The notes under the pieces are model-generated. The model was not told where the DNA came from, made no database searches, and worked only from the letters and a program-made list of their open reading frames with translations. Source: Escherichia phage RB43. Taken from it: a stretch of DNA of 64,000 nt. This document shows, in pieces, positions 37,755-46,986 of the stretch. Every line of letters begins with the position of its first letter. The first letter of the stretch is position 1. The DNA lies in sequence record NC_007023.1; one strand, given 5' to 3'. A program made the position numbers and the translations under genes.

Positions 37755-39974
37755 TTACAGTTTAACTTCTTTTTCTTCCAGAACGATTTCGCAATCGAAT
37801 GTTGCACCTTCCCAGAATTTATGCGGGATAATGTCAGTCGCTTTAACCGATACTTTGGTTTCTTCAAAATCCAGATCCGCAAACCAGGCGTGGCCTACAA
37901 CGATACCATACATTACACGGCTCAGGCGCTTGTTCAGTGCGCGTACTTCGTTGATGGTTGCCTTTGTTTCTTTATCAAGGTACTCGATTACCTTATCCTT
38001 GTCAAGCGCTGCGAGTTCAGCTTTAACAGAATCGTAAGCCCACAGGATGATCAGGTCGCCGTTGTTCAGTTTCTTCTTACCTTCGGCACGTTTCGCAACG
38101 GTTGCCGCTACAGCAGGAAGGGAGGAAACACCCTTGATTTTCAGATTCAGTTCTTTCGACATATAAACATCAGTCGAATCGGTACTGGTTACTTTCGGGG
38201 AGAATCCATAATCACGAATACCCTGTTCAGATAACCATTCACCAGCGGCTTCACCGTATTTCTGTTTCAGACCTTCGGCATTACGTAAACCGATCGCGTC
38301 GTCACGGAAGAACTTCATCACCTTCTGGCGACCTTTCAGGATTTCCAGACGGATAGAGTCGTTTACATACTCTTTACCGGAGATCCCGCGAGTCATCGCA
38401 CGGTTAACCAGGGGCAGACTGGTAAAGTCAACCAGTACCGACATGCGGTCTTCACCGATTTTTGCCAGCGGCTTGATAGTCAAACCAGAAGCGCGAAGGT
38501 TTTTCAGTGTCGGAATATCAGTTTCCAGCGGCAGAACCTTAACGTTTACGATACCGTCTTTAACGATGGTAAAGTTACGTACCTGCTTAGTTTCGATCTG
38601 TTCAGGCAGTTTCAGTTCTTTCTGTTTGCTTTCTGGGATAGTTACGTAACCCATCAGATCCGTGTTAATGGAAATGTTAGGACGTGAACTGTTACCGACC
38701 AGGTGCTTAACCGATACTTTGGTTGTAGTCTGGGTAAATTTCGGTGTCCAGATTTCATGCGTTACCATTTGCGCCGCAAGTGCTTTGCGTTCTTCCGGTG
38801 TTTTCGCGTTTGCAATCTGTTCAGACAGTTGATCCAGAGTATCATCTTCTTTCTGTACCGTCTGACGGCCTGTGCGGTTGTACGCCCAGTGTTCAGAGGA
38901 CAGGTCGATCACAGTGTCGGTTTCTGCCAGCAGTTCGAGAGCGTCAACCAGAGTGAACGCGTTTTCGTCTGGAACCATGTTGTAATCAACACCATCGAGC
39001 AGACGTTTAGCCGGATCAACTACCGCTTCCGCGATCAGGTCTTTCGCGTTGGAATAGTCCTGTTTGGTAAAGCAGTTATCATACGCCTTAATCAGACGAA
39101 CATCACCCAGCTTTTTCAGCACTTTCCATGCAAGGTCAGGGTTCATTGTGTGTAGCGCATGATACAGCACGACATACAGAACCTGTTCACCTTCCAGAGT
39201 AGCCGGATCGAAACCGTCGATGTCGTTGATTGCGTTATCACCCAGCGCCCAGATGTTTTTGATGTGCTCAGGAACCAGAACAACACCGTTTGCAGCGTTC
39301 AGGACATACACACGCCCTTCGTCCAGGTAGATAGCATGGGTTGCGTCAGCAACTTTAACTTCGACGCGAGCGGAGGTTTGCGCGGTGATGATTTCAGCAA
39401 ATGCTGGCTCGTATGCGTCGAAACCTTCAACGAATTTATGCAATGCGTTGGTTGCTTCTGCCATTTTTTCCAGCAGAGGACGGTTAACATAATAGCCGTA
39501 TTCCAGGAATGCAATGCTGTTAAACGTCAGCGGGAGAACCGCACACGCTTTCAGGATGTCATCGGTACGCCAGCAGTTATCATAACCATCAGTCAGGAAG
39601 ATCAGGCTGTTCAGGTTGCCGTTTTCGGATTGCAGGTCGGTTGCGATTTCAGCAGCCAGATTCAGTGGTTCAACAAAACCAGTACAACCAGTAGGTTTCA
39701 GATAACGGTCGATCGCGGTACAGATATTGGTCAGATCCGATACGTTGCTAACCTTCTCACCACGGAACACAGTACCGTAATCGCCTTTGCTGGAGAAGTA
39801 CAGGATCGAAACGGTGTCATCCTGTTTAACCAGACTCGCCAGGTTTGCTTTCAGGTGCTTACGGATCTTCGGCAGTTCGTTATACATTGAACCGGAAACG
39901 TCGCAAACGAAAACGTGGTTGGTCGGAGTCGGCTTAGATACTGCGTTTTTGAATTCGATATTTGTAATTGACAT
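37755..39974 (-). CDS. Large vWA (MIDAS-containing) domain protein, 739 aa
   Basis: N-terminal vWA with DxSxS MIDAS motif (HVFVCDVSGSMYNELPKIRKHL...ILYFSS...FLTDGYDN); about 530-aa C-terminal region unrecognised. Confidence 0.7.
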   Translation of the reverse strand: MSITNIEFKNAVSKPTPTNHVFVCDVSGSMYNELPKIRKHLKANLASLVKQDDTVSILYFSSKGDYGTVFRGEKVSNVSDLTNICTAIDRYLKPTGCTGFVEPLNLAAEIATDLQSENGNLNSLIFLTDGYDNCWRTDDILKACAVLPLTFNSIAFLEYGYYVNRPLLEKMAEATNALHKFVEGFDAYEPAFAEIITAQTSARVEVKVADATHAIYLDEGRVYVLNAANGVVLVPEHIKNIWALGDNAINDIDGFDPATLEGEQVLYVVLYHALHTMNPDLAWKVLKKLGDVRLIKAYDNCFTKQDYSNAKDLIAEAVVDPAKRLLDGVDYNMVPDENAFTLVDALELLAETDTVIDLSSEHWAYNRTGRQTVQKEDDTLDQLSEQIANAKTPEERKALAAQMVTHEIWTPKFTQTTTKVSVKHLVGNSSRPNISINTDLMGYVTIPESKQKELKLPEQIETKQVRNFTIVKDGIVNVKVLPLETDIPTLKNLRASGLTIKPLAKIGEDRMSVLVDFTSLPLVNRAMTRGISGKEYVNDSIRLEILKGRQKVMKFFRDDAIGLRNAEGLKQKYGEAAGEWLSEQGIRDYGFSPKVTSTDSTDVYMSKELNLKIKGVSSLPAVAATVAKRAEGKKKLNNGDLIILWAYDSVKAELAALDKDKVIEYLDKETKATINEVRALNKRLSRVMYGIVVGHAWFADLDFEETKVSVKATDIIPHKFWEGATFDCEIVLEEKEVKL

Positions 39975-39984
39975 TTAGTTTTTC

Positions 39985-40221
39985 TCAGTATTTGGATTTG
40001 GTTGTTTTGTGTACATTTAAAATGCTTTGGATTTTTTCGGAAATCGTTTGCTGGTCTGGTTCACATCCCAACTTACCGCCAATCGCCTTGTAAAAATCTT
40101 CAACAGAGCTTACGTTGAAATCCGGCATATGGAAACCTAACGAGTACATATGCGGATTGTGGAATTCGTAAACATCCACATTGTATTCGTTAAGATCGAA
40201 ACGTTCAAGATATTTCTTCAA
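39985..40221 (-). CDS. hypothetical protein (78 aa)
   Basis: ORF immediately upstream of vWA gene. Confidence 0.5.
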   Translation of the reverse strand: MKKYLERFDLNEYNVDVYEFHNPHMYSLGFHMPDFNVSSVEDFYKAIGGKLGCEPDQQTISEKIQSILNVHKTTKSKY

Positions 40222-40361
40222 AGAAAATAAATCGAACGGTAATGGGAGGTGCTGTTCAATCGTTACAGGTTCCCCCAGCTTGTGCGCTTTCAGGGGTTGC
40301 CCCTTTCGCGTATGTCAGTTCTGTTTTCATCAGTGGTGACTCTTTTGATGTATATTCAAGG

Positions 40362-40844
40362 TTACGGAAAGATGTTTCCATGTTCCAGTTGGGTTCCAAT
40401 CGGGCCGCACTCGTCAGAGTACGTAAACTCGTAGATAAACACGCCGTTTTGATTCCCGTACTTCGTGTTGTATTCTTCATACAGCCACATCTTGATCAGA
40501 GCGTCTTTCTCTTCGGTTTCTAAATCGTACCAATCCCGACCATCATATGCAAGCGCAATTTGCGGATTTGAACGATAACGGGTTTCGGCGCTGTCTTCGG
40601 TTTCCCAATCATAACGCTTATCATCATAATACGATTCAAAGCTATTACCCATGTGACCGCCTAAGTCACGGTGAACGTGTTGAACAACTTCTTCGGATGT
40701 CAGCGGAGGATTATAATAACCGCAATTGGGAGAACAATCACCCATCATTTCGCGAAGGTTGTCGATATCAATCGGATCTTTCGGGAACCGGACGATAAAA
40801 CTACTTGATGAACTATTGCTCACAAAACCAGAACGAATTTTCAT
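40362..40844 (-). CDS. Acidic protein, paralog B of MKIRSGFVSNSSSSSF family (160 aa)
   Basis: Identical 16-aa N-terminus to ORF 36445-36912; acidic, Tyr/Cys-rich. Confidence 0.6.
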   Translation of the reverse strand: MKIRSGFVSNSSSSSFIVRFPKDPIDIDNLREMMGDCSPNCGYYNPPLTSEEVVQHVHRDLGGHMGNSFESYYDDKRYDWETEDSAETRYRSNPQIALAYDGRDWYDLETEEKDALIKMWLYEEYNTKYGNQNGVFIYEFTYSDECGPIGTQLEHGNIFP

Positions 40845-41086
40845 TTTAACGCCTCGAATTTGATTTCTTTCAGTGATTGTGTGTGATTATAACAAACCAC
40901 TCCGCGATGTGTTTTCTTTCCGGTAAATCCGTCGAATATGGTGACATAATAATGATAGCAACAATCATCAAGAGGATTGTTTCTGATATAGTCTAACACA
41001 ACGTCCAACGATACGGTAGAGCATACGCAATCAGATTCATTGTCACGACCATCATAGAAATCTTTTTCAATACTATAAATTTTCAC
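40841..41086 (-). CDS. hypothetical Cys-rich protein (81 aa)
   Basis: ORF. Confidence 0.45.
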   Translation of the reverse strand: MKIYSIEKDFYDGRDNESDCVCSTVSLDVVLDYIRNNPLDDCCYHYYVTIFDGFTGKKTHRGVVCYNHTQSLKEIKFEALK

Positions 41087-41356
41087 GATACTTGCCTCAT
41101 GTTAGACATAATTTCTTCAAAAGTCACGGGGAATTCTTTGGGTTCGCAATCGTCATCCCATTCTTCTCGATATCCGTTAATTTTGCTAACCGCGATCATC
41201 TTATCGTTTTTCCCATACAGTCACTTCAATACGATCACCAAGATAGGGAAAGCTGGGGTGCTTGTTGATTACATCAACACACGTTTGAAGAGATTCAGAT
41301 ACTTGAATTACTTCACCAAAATCATAATCGCCGTGACGCGACAGAACATAAATCAT
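41083..41356 (-). CDS. hypothetical protein, apparently split at an A5 run (sense) near 41215 (about 89 aa if fused)
   Basis: ATG(rc) 41356; two consecutive protein-like frames joined by removing one A from GAAAAACG. Confidence 0.35.
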
Positions 41357-41544
41357 AAAACCCTCGCCCACCAAATAATGTCAGTAATTACGTCATAGAT
41401 CATGAGAGGGAACACTGTAAGAGCAATACACAAAATAAACACAGTTGCCCACAACCCCAAAACTTTACGACCCGATAAAACACATCCAATAACAGCAATC
41501 ATTCCTACTACTGCAATGATCAACATAATGATAGATGCAACCAT
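41353..41544 (-). CDS. small membrane protein (63 aa)
   Basis: Two TM helices. Confidence 0.5.
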   Translation of the reverse strand: MVASIIMLIIAVVGMIAVIGCVLSGRKVLGLWATVFILCIALTVFPLMIYDVITDIIWWARVL

Positions 41545-41585
41545 AATAAAACCCTCACGAAAAGCCCCTTTCGGGGCTTGATTAA

Positions 41586-41873
41586 TCAGTGTCCGAAGAT
41601 GTGTTTAACAGACTCAGCGAAAGCGTAAAACACCGGATTGTTTTCTTTTAGCATCGCTTCTGATTTCAGAAGATACTCGCTTTTGAACTTAGCACCGAAC
41701 AGGCAGTAAGAAAACGATTTGTCCCAGTAAAAGCAGTTGTAACCACCATCAACAAATCTCACTTCAACCAACAGATAACCCACATCTTCCGGTTTGGTAT
41801 TCGAATAATCTTTCAGAAGATTCGCGCTTACTACTTCGTATGCTTTGCCAGCAACCAAATCGTTATAAGTCAT
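41586..41873 (-). CDS. hypothetical protein (95 aa)
   Basis: ORF following hairpin 41558-41577. Confidence 0.5.
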   Translation of the reverse strand: MTYNDLVAGKAYEVVSANLLKDYSNTKPEDVGYLLVEVRFVDGGYNCFYWDKSFSYCLFGAKFKSEYLLKSEAMLKENNPVFYAFAESVKHIFGH

Positions 41874-41887
41874 GATGTGGTTCCTTT

Positions 41888-42358
41888 TCAGTTTCGTTTC
41901 GATAAAGTTAAGGTATCACTGTTCTTACGAAGATGCAAACACTTTTTTGAAGAATTTGTTTCCGGTCTTTCTTTGTATGGGCGCATGGTCAACCGCTTAC
42001 CGTCCAATACTGTTGGTTTTCCATCCAGTTCAATCAGGATAAAGTTGCCTTTGCGATACTTCAACACGCCCTGGCTTGCCGACCATTCATCGTTATCCCA
42101 GTGGTTGTAATGCCATTCAACAACGGTATCGATTGGTATTTCTGGTTGATTTCTCATATTTGCTTTCCTTCGTTCTGATGCTTCTTTCAATTGTCGTATT
42201 TGTGGTATCAACTGTTGTGGTGGAACAGTATCTTCCCGTTTCAATGCCTTTCGAACTTGATCAACAAACCATTCGTATTTCGGACGGCGGTTAAGTTCTT
42301 CCCTTAGTCGGGCATTCTCTTGTTCGGCAATGCTTGCGCGTTTTCTGTAATCGGTCAT
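41888..42358 (-). CDS. hypothetical protein with N-terminal coiled coil (156 aa)
   Basis: ORF overlapping methyltransferase stop by 4 nt (likely co-translated). Confidence 0.5.
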   Translation of the reverse strand: MTDYRKRASIAEQENARLREELNRRPKYEWFVDQVRKALKREDTVPPQQLIPQIRQLKEASERRKANMRNQPEIPIDTVVEWHYNHWDNDEWSASQGVLKYRKGNFILIELDGKPTVLDGKRLTMRPYKERPETNSSKKCLHLRKNSDTLTLSKRN

Positions 42359-43263
42359 AGAACTTTCCTTATCTGTTTGGCTATTGCCTCGATAACTGGC
42401 ACGGAAACGGAGTTACCCGCTTGCTTGTATGCTTGTTTTTTACTCGATGGAATAATAAACGAATCTGGGAAGCCCTGCAAGCGAAAACATTCACGCGGGG
42501 TTAATCGTCGTGGGTTCTTCCCATCCTGTAACACCAGACACTGAACGCCGTCCTTGTAGTATTGCGCTGTGATGGTTCCTGTGTGCGTAGAATCGGCTGT
42601 GACGGCCTGATAACCAAACCCCTTACCGTTTGCCTTATTTCGTTCCTTACGCTCTCTAAAGCCTTTCCACGCGTTATCTGATAGGGTGTACGAATCATCA
42701 ACATCTTCGAGGATATCACCTACGCGCGTAGGGGTGCGCGGGGGAACCGGAAACGAAAAGAATACATCATCCAGGAAGCAGACAATAAACACACGTTCAC
42801 GTCGCTGGGGTAATCCGAAATCTTTCGTATTCAGTCGTTGATAGAATACGTTGTATCCTTCGGCCTCCAGAAGCCCGTAAATCGTTTTAAACGTCTTTCC
42901 CTTGTCATGGGTTAGCAATTCAGGCACATTCTCAAAGAACAGCACACGGGGCTTTTTAGCGCGTATAATGCGGAGGATTTCAAAGAACACCGTACCGCGA
43001 ACATCATCGAAGCCCAGTTTTAATCCGGCTTTACTGAATGCCTGACACGGGAACCCAGCCAACAGGATATCGTGATCAGGTACTTTGTTTTCATCAATGG
43101 CGAACAAGTCACCTTCGAGATTATCACCGCCCCAGTTAGCGGCGTATGTTTGCTGTGCGAATTTGTCGATCTCAGCAGTAAGCACACATTCAACACCGTC
43201 AAATGCGCGATCAAAGCCCATACGAACGCCACCAACGCCAGCGCATAAATCAATCAGTTTCAT
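42355..43263 (-). CDS. DNA (cytosine-5)-methyltransferase (Dcm-like)
   Basis: Canonical m5C MTase motifs: I DLCAGVGG, IV GFPCQAFS, VI ENV, VIII QRRERVF, X GNSVSVPV. Confidence 0.9.
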   Translation of the reverse strand: MKLIDLCAGVGGVRMGFDRAFDGVECVLTAEIDKFAQQTYAANWGGDNLEGDLFAIDENKVPDHDILLAGFPCQAFSKAGLKLGFDDVRGTVFFEILRIIRAKKPRVLFFENVPELLTHDKGKTFKTIYGLLEAEGYNVFYQRLNTKDFGLPQRRERVFIVCFLDDVFFSFPVPPRTPTRVGDILEDVDDSYTLSDNAWKGFRERKERNKANGKGFGYQAVTADSTHTGTITAQYYKDGVQCLVLQDGKNPRRLTPRECFRLQGFPDSFIIPSSKKQAYKQAGNSVSVPVIEAIAKQIRKVL

Positions 43264-43290
43264 AAATATACCTAAAAAGAGGGTAATAAC

Positions 43291-43992
43291 ATGCTAATAT
43301 CAGCAAGCAGTGTAGACGAATTGAACAGCAAGGTCAACGAAATGCTGTCACAAGGGATGTACTTATGGGGAAGCCCGTTCGTTGTCCCATCCGATTATCT
43401 GAACCAAACACGATTCTTTCAACAGGTTTCAAACGTAAATCCTTCGAGCGGCGGAACCGATGGAAAGAGTGCGTATCAACTATGGGTTGAACAACCAGGC
43501 AATGAAGGGAAAACACTAGATGATTTCTTTGATTCCATTGCAGGGGTTCGCAAAAAATCAGAGGTGTTCTGGACGGGGCTTAGTCTGGTGATCCCAGAGG
43601 ATACGCCGACCAACTTCATCAACCTGATTAAAGGGACCATTCCGACTACCGGAACATTAGAACCGTTCTTCAAAATTACAGACAATAAGTTACACCCGTT
43701 TAACGAAAACTCAACATTAACGTTTAAGCTGAACCTGAAAGGTACTTTCACAGGGGCAACAACCGCACAGCGTAGCGTTACACTTGATTTTGTCGGTACA
43801 CAGGGCAACACCCTCACTCTGAACCGCAGCCAATCGGTAACTACTAGCACCCTTTCTTTCGTCACGTTCTTTAGTGTCGATAAAAACGGAAATATGGTTA
43901 CTAATGGTACTGCATTCAACATTTTCGCAAACGGTAGCCCGTTTACTGTATCCGAAGTTCTTTTAGTCGCCGAACAGCGTACTACTCAATAA
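43291..43992 (+). CDS. Lone plus-strand gene: beta-rich Thr/Asn/Gly-rich protein with tail-fibre-like motif (233 aa)
   Basis: AGAGGG RBS; motif GKSAYQLWVEQPGNEGKTLDDFFDSIAG resembles conserved tail-fibre segments; bounded by bidirectional terminator. Confidence 0.6.
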   Translation: MLISASSVDELNSKVNEMLSQGMYLWGSPFVVPSDYLNQTRFFQQVSNVNPSSGGTDGKSAYQLWVEQPGNEGKTLDDFFDSIAGVRKKSEVFWTGLSLVIPEDTPTNFINLIKGTIPTTGTLEPFFKITDNKLHPFNENSTLTFKLNLKGTFTGATTAQRSVTLDFVGTQGNTLTLNRSQSVTTSTLSFVTFFSVDKNGNMVTNGTAFNIFANGSPFTVSEVLLVAEQRTTQ

Positions 43993-44012
43993 CAAAAAAG
44001 CCCCGAAAGGGG
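43985..44012. terminator. Bidirectional terminator
   Basis: AAAAAAGCCCCGAAAGGGGCTTTTC. Confidence 0.7.
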
Positions 44013-44019
44013 CTTTTCT

Positions 44020-44283
44020 TTATGCTTCAAAATCAATTTCGTCGATCTTGTAAGACTCTTCATCGATATCAGCCCACAGAGTGACTTTAACCGTTTTACG
44101 GTCTTCGTACATGTCACGACCATCATAGCCGCCCGTGTACTCGCTGTGCGTCTGTTCATCCACTTCTAAACGCAGACTATCGCGCATGATTGGACAACAG
44201 CCTGTCCAGCGTAACAGAATCTGGGTGCTGTTCTGTGCCACCAACTCGAACATCTTTCAGGTGTAAAATAATATCGCTCATTA
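44020..44283 (-). CDS. one or two small hypothetical proteins (34 aa + 57 aa, or a fused form)
   Basis: Two overlapping protein-like frames (MSDIILHLKDVRVGG... and ...MRDSLRLEVDEQTHSEYTGGYDGRD...). Confidence 0.35.
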
Positions 44284-44559
44284 GTAGAACTTTCCATATG
44301 TGTTGAAATTGATACTTTCGTGGTTACGTTCATTGATCGTGATTTCATAATCGTAATCTTCATTAGTAACCGCGCGGTCGTGTTTGATAACGTTCACGTC
44401 ATAAACGCGGGATAACGCATGATACAAAGAATCACGGATCTTTTCAGCAATCTTCGCGGGTTCGCTATACATATTGAGCATATCAGCAACAATACCTTCT
44501 ACTCGCTGAATATCTCGCTGTTCGATGTATCCTACGTACAGGCTTACGTCTTTAATCAT
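44281..44559 (-). CDS. hypothetical protein (92 aa)
   Basis: ORF overlapping nucleotidyltransferase gene stop. Confidence 0.5.
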   Translation of the reverse strand: MIKDVSLYVGYIEQRDIQRVEGIVADMLNMYSEPAKIAEKIRDSLYHALSRVYDVNVIKHDRAVTNEDYDYEITINERNHESINFNTYGKFY

Positions 44560-45554
44560 TTGTAATACCCCAGAACATGATCTTTGTATACCTGTTCGAT
44601 AAAGTCATTCCAGAATTCCCGATCGACTTCTTTCGGATAGGTAGAGATTGCAGCAAGGCGTTCAACTTCGCCCATCACTTCCTCCAGTTTTTCCTGTACT
44701 TCGGCAAACGGGACATTACCAGCTTTAACCGATTTCAACAGGTCACTCTCAGGAAGAGGGTACACGATATCGCCGTGTTTGTAAATCTGTACTAACTGCA
44801 TACCACCGCGCAATGCGTGACTTAATGCTTTCCAATCGATCCCGTTGTTGGCTTCTGCTTGTCGTGCGCGTTCGCCATATTCATCCCAGAGCTTGTACAC
44901 GGATTTCTTCATTTCCGCTACGGTGATCGTGAACTGGAATTTACGACCCAATACTTCATAGAAATTCTGCATACCGCCTTTTTCGCTATAATGCAAAATA
45001 GAACGACAGAATTCATTGGTCGGTAGTTGGTCTTTGATGTCGCCAACTTTGATGTTTTCTATTGCATCACCCAGATTGGAAGGCATACGCACAACGCGAG
45101 TATTTGGGGTGTCTTGTAACACGTCATACACTTCACGCAGTGCAGCCAGGCGAGAACCTTTCACACCATATTTCGCGGCTTGCTTACGGACATAACCGAA
45201 CAGGCCAGTTAACTCCGTAGTGTAGAAACGCCAACGGTTAGCGCGGATATACTGCCAGATTTCAGAGTTAGCGATCAGCTTGCTATCATCAGCATGAAGC
45301 ATATCGAGCGCTACGGTATCACCATCACACGCAAGGCTGATGAACTTAGGCAGACTATACAACTGACGGTCTACGTCATCAACGGTGTTTTTAGAGTTCT
45401 TATCGCCCGTGCTCGTGTCGATAGTCTTCGGGGCTTTACCTAGCAAGATATCGCGTGGATGCGGGAGGAAGATCCCTTTATAATCTTTGTCGCTTGTCGG
45501 GGTGTTCAGCCCGTACAGGTGAGAACCGAACACAGTTTCCATTACAATTTTCAC
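44556..45554 (-). CDS. Pol-beta superfamily nucleotidyltransferase-like protein (332 aa)
   Basis: N-terminal minimal NTase motif VFGSHLYGLNTPTSDKDYKGIF (GS...hDhD) with later acidic residues; helical C-terminal domain. Confidence 0.55.
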   Translation of the reverse strand: MKIVMETVFGSHLYGLNTPTSDKDYKGIFLPHPRDILLGKAPKTIDTSTGDKNSKNTVDDVDRQLYSLPKFISLACDGDTVALDMLHADDSKLIANSEIWQYIRANRWRFYTTELTGLFGYVRKQAAKYGVKGSRLAALREVYDVLQDTPNTRVVRMPSNLGDAIENIKVGDIKDQLPTNEFCRSILHYSEKGGMQNFYEVLGRKFQFTITVAEMKKSVYKLWDEYGERARQAEANNGIDWKALSHALRGGMQLVQIYKHGDIVYPLPESDLLKSVKAGNVPFAEVQEKLEEVMGEVERLAAISTYPKEVDREFWNDFIEQVYKDHVLGYYK

Positions 45555-45943
45555 AATTCAACTCCCAGAGTTTTTGCAATTTCTTTCAATTGGTCAGTTG
45601 TGATATCAGGAACAGTCACACCGTAACTATGTCCAAACACGTATTTGATCTTAGCGGATAATTCCTCGCGATACAACTTTTCTTTGTACGCCTCTTCGCT
45701 GCGATAAACCTTAATACCGTTCCAATCGTTAGAACTTCCGGTTTTGCGGTCCAGCTTTTCGACGCAATATGATTTAAGATCTGTTTCTGTAGGGTTAGGC
45801 GATGCGTACAGATACTGACGCGCAACCTTATGAACATACAGAATACGCGGTTTTACACGGCAACGGTTATCATATCCACGTTCACCAGGATCATATAAGG
45901 TATCGCCTACTTTAACATCTGTTAAACTCATTTCATTTTCCAA
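45551..45943 (-). CDS. hypothetical protein (130 aa)
   Basis: ORF overlapping NTase start by 4 nt. Confidence 0.5.
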   Translation of the reverse strand: MENEMSLTDVKVGDTLYDPGERGYDNRCRVKPRILYVHKVARQYLYASPNPTETDLKSYCVEKLDRKTGSSNDWNGIKVYRSEEAYKEKLYREELSAKIKYVFGHSYGVTVPDITTDQLKEIAKTLGVEL

Positions 45944-46179
45944 CGTTTTGTTTTATCACAATAGAATACTGGCAATTTGGACAGGACAGGAGTCACCACA
46001 TCTTCACCAGTTTTCGTGTTATGCGTCATTTCGATTGTCAGCGAACGACCAGGCACGGGTTTCACAATATCCAGTTCCATGATCTCCCGATTACCTTTTG
46101 TGTTGATTTCTGCAACATAGTAATCGTTCCCGTTGATGTTAACAACATCACCCATAATTACGCTTCTGCTGTGTTTCAT
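45928..46179 (-). CDS. hypothetical protein (83 aa)
   Basis: ORF. Confidence 0.45.
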   Translation of the reverse strand: MKHSRSVIMGDVVNINGNDYYVAEINTKGNREIMELDIVKPVPGRSLTIEMTHNTKTGEDVVTPVLSKLPVFYCDKTKRWKMK

Positions 46180-46565
46180 TTGTTAATAAACCTTAACGTA
46201 ACGTGCAGGGATTCTAACACTCGTGCGTCAGTACCGTCAATAATCATCATTCCGATAAATTCTTTAGAGCTAACGGAATACATGCGACATAACAGGGAAC
46301 CATCTTTCGCGATATATTCAACGATATACTCACGGCGTGATGATTTGAACGAATCACCGACCATGACCGGACGTTCGACATTCTGGCGTTTTTTGGCTGT
46401 ATAACACAACTCGTTTTCGCCGTTTGGTGCGCAATCTTTACTTCCGATCGACATATCCGTTACAGTAACAGAATTCACAGAACCGCCGATCAGTAAGCTG
46501 GGTTCGCCAGCACCTACTTTCATGATTAGTGTCGAACGGTTTGCAACGGTTTCAGTCACAAACAC
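46176..46565 (-). CDS. hypothetical protein (129 aa)
   Basis: ORF; start uncertain. Confidence 0.45.
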   Translation of the reverse strand: MFVTETVANRSTLIMKVGAGEPSLLIGGSVNSVTVTDMSIGSKDCAPNGENELCYTAKKRQNVERPVMVGDSFKSSRREYIVEYIAKDGSLLCRMYSVSSKEFIGMMIIDGTDARVLESLHVTLRFINK

Positions 46566-46716
46566 GTAGCACTGTGGATTCGTTTTCTTTGGCGATTGAC
46601 TGCAAAATGAATTTGGTCTTCTCAGGCGTTCTCGAATGTCCGATTTAAAACACGATCACCGATCGTCAATGTTGTGGTTGAATCGACATCTTCGGTAGTA
46701 CGAATAATTGCTGTTT

Positions 46717-46986
46717 TCATGATAATTTCCTCTCAAATTCTTCATCAGATTTCCAGTACACGTTAAAGTTACGGCAATCGTGATCAGAAGTCAACGTATA
46801 TTTTTCATTTGTTTTTTCATCGGTGATAACCATCGTTTCATTCTCGATCGAGTCAACACCGTACACAAACACTTTGTCACCGCGTTTATTCAGGAACGCA
46901 TCACCTGTTTCAATCAACTGCCAGCAACTAACTGGCAACCCGCCCGAACAGATCGGACGGTTTACTAAACAGTAAGGATGTTTCAT
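46717..46986 (-). CDS. hypothetical Cys-containing protein (89 aa)
   Basis: ORF. Confidence 0.45.
   Translation of the reverse strand: MKHPYCLVNRPICSGGLPVSCWQLIETGDAFLNKRGDKVFVYGVDSIENETMVITDEKTNEKYTLTSDHDCRNFNVYWKSDEEFERKLS

Noticed and set aside
37683-39890. Plus-strand ORFs (37683-38234, 38703-39155, 39159-39890) overlapping the vWA gene
   Set aside because: Low-complexity, Cys/Arg/Phe-rich translations typical of antisense frames; the minus-strand 739-aa ORF is continuous and domain-bearing
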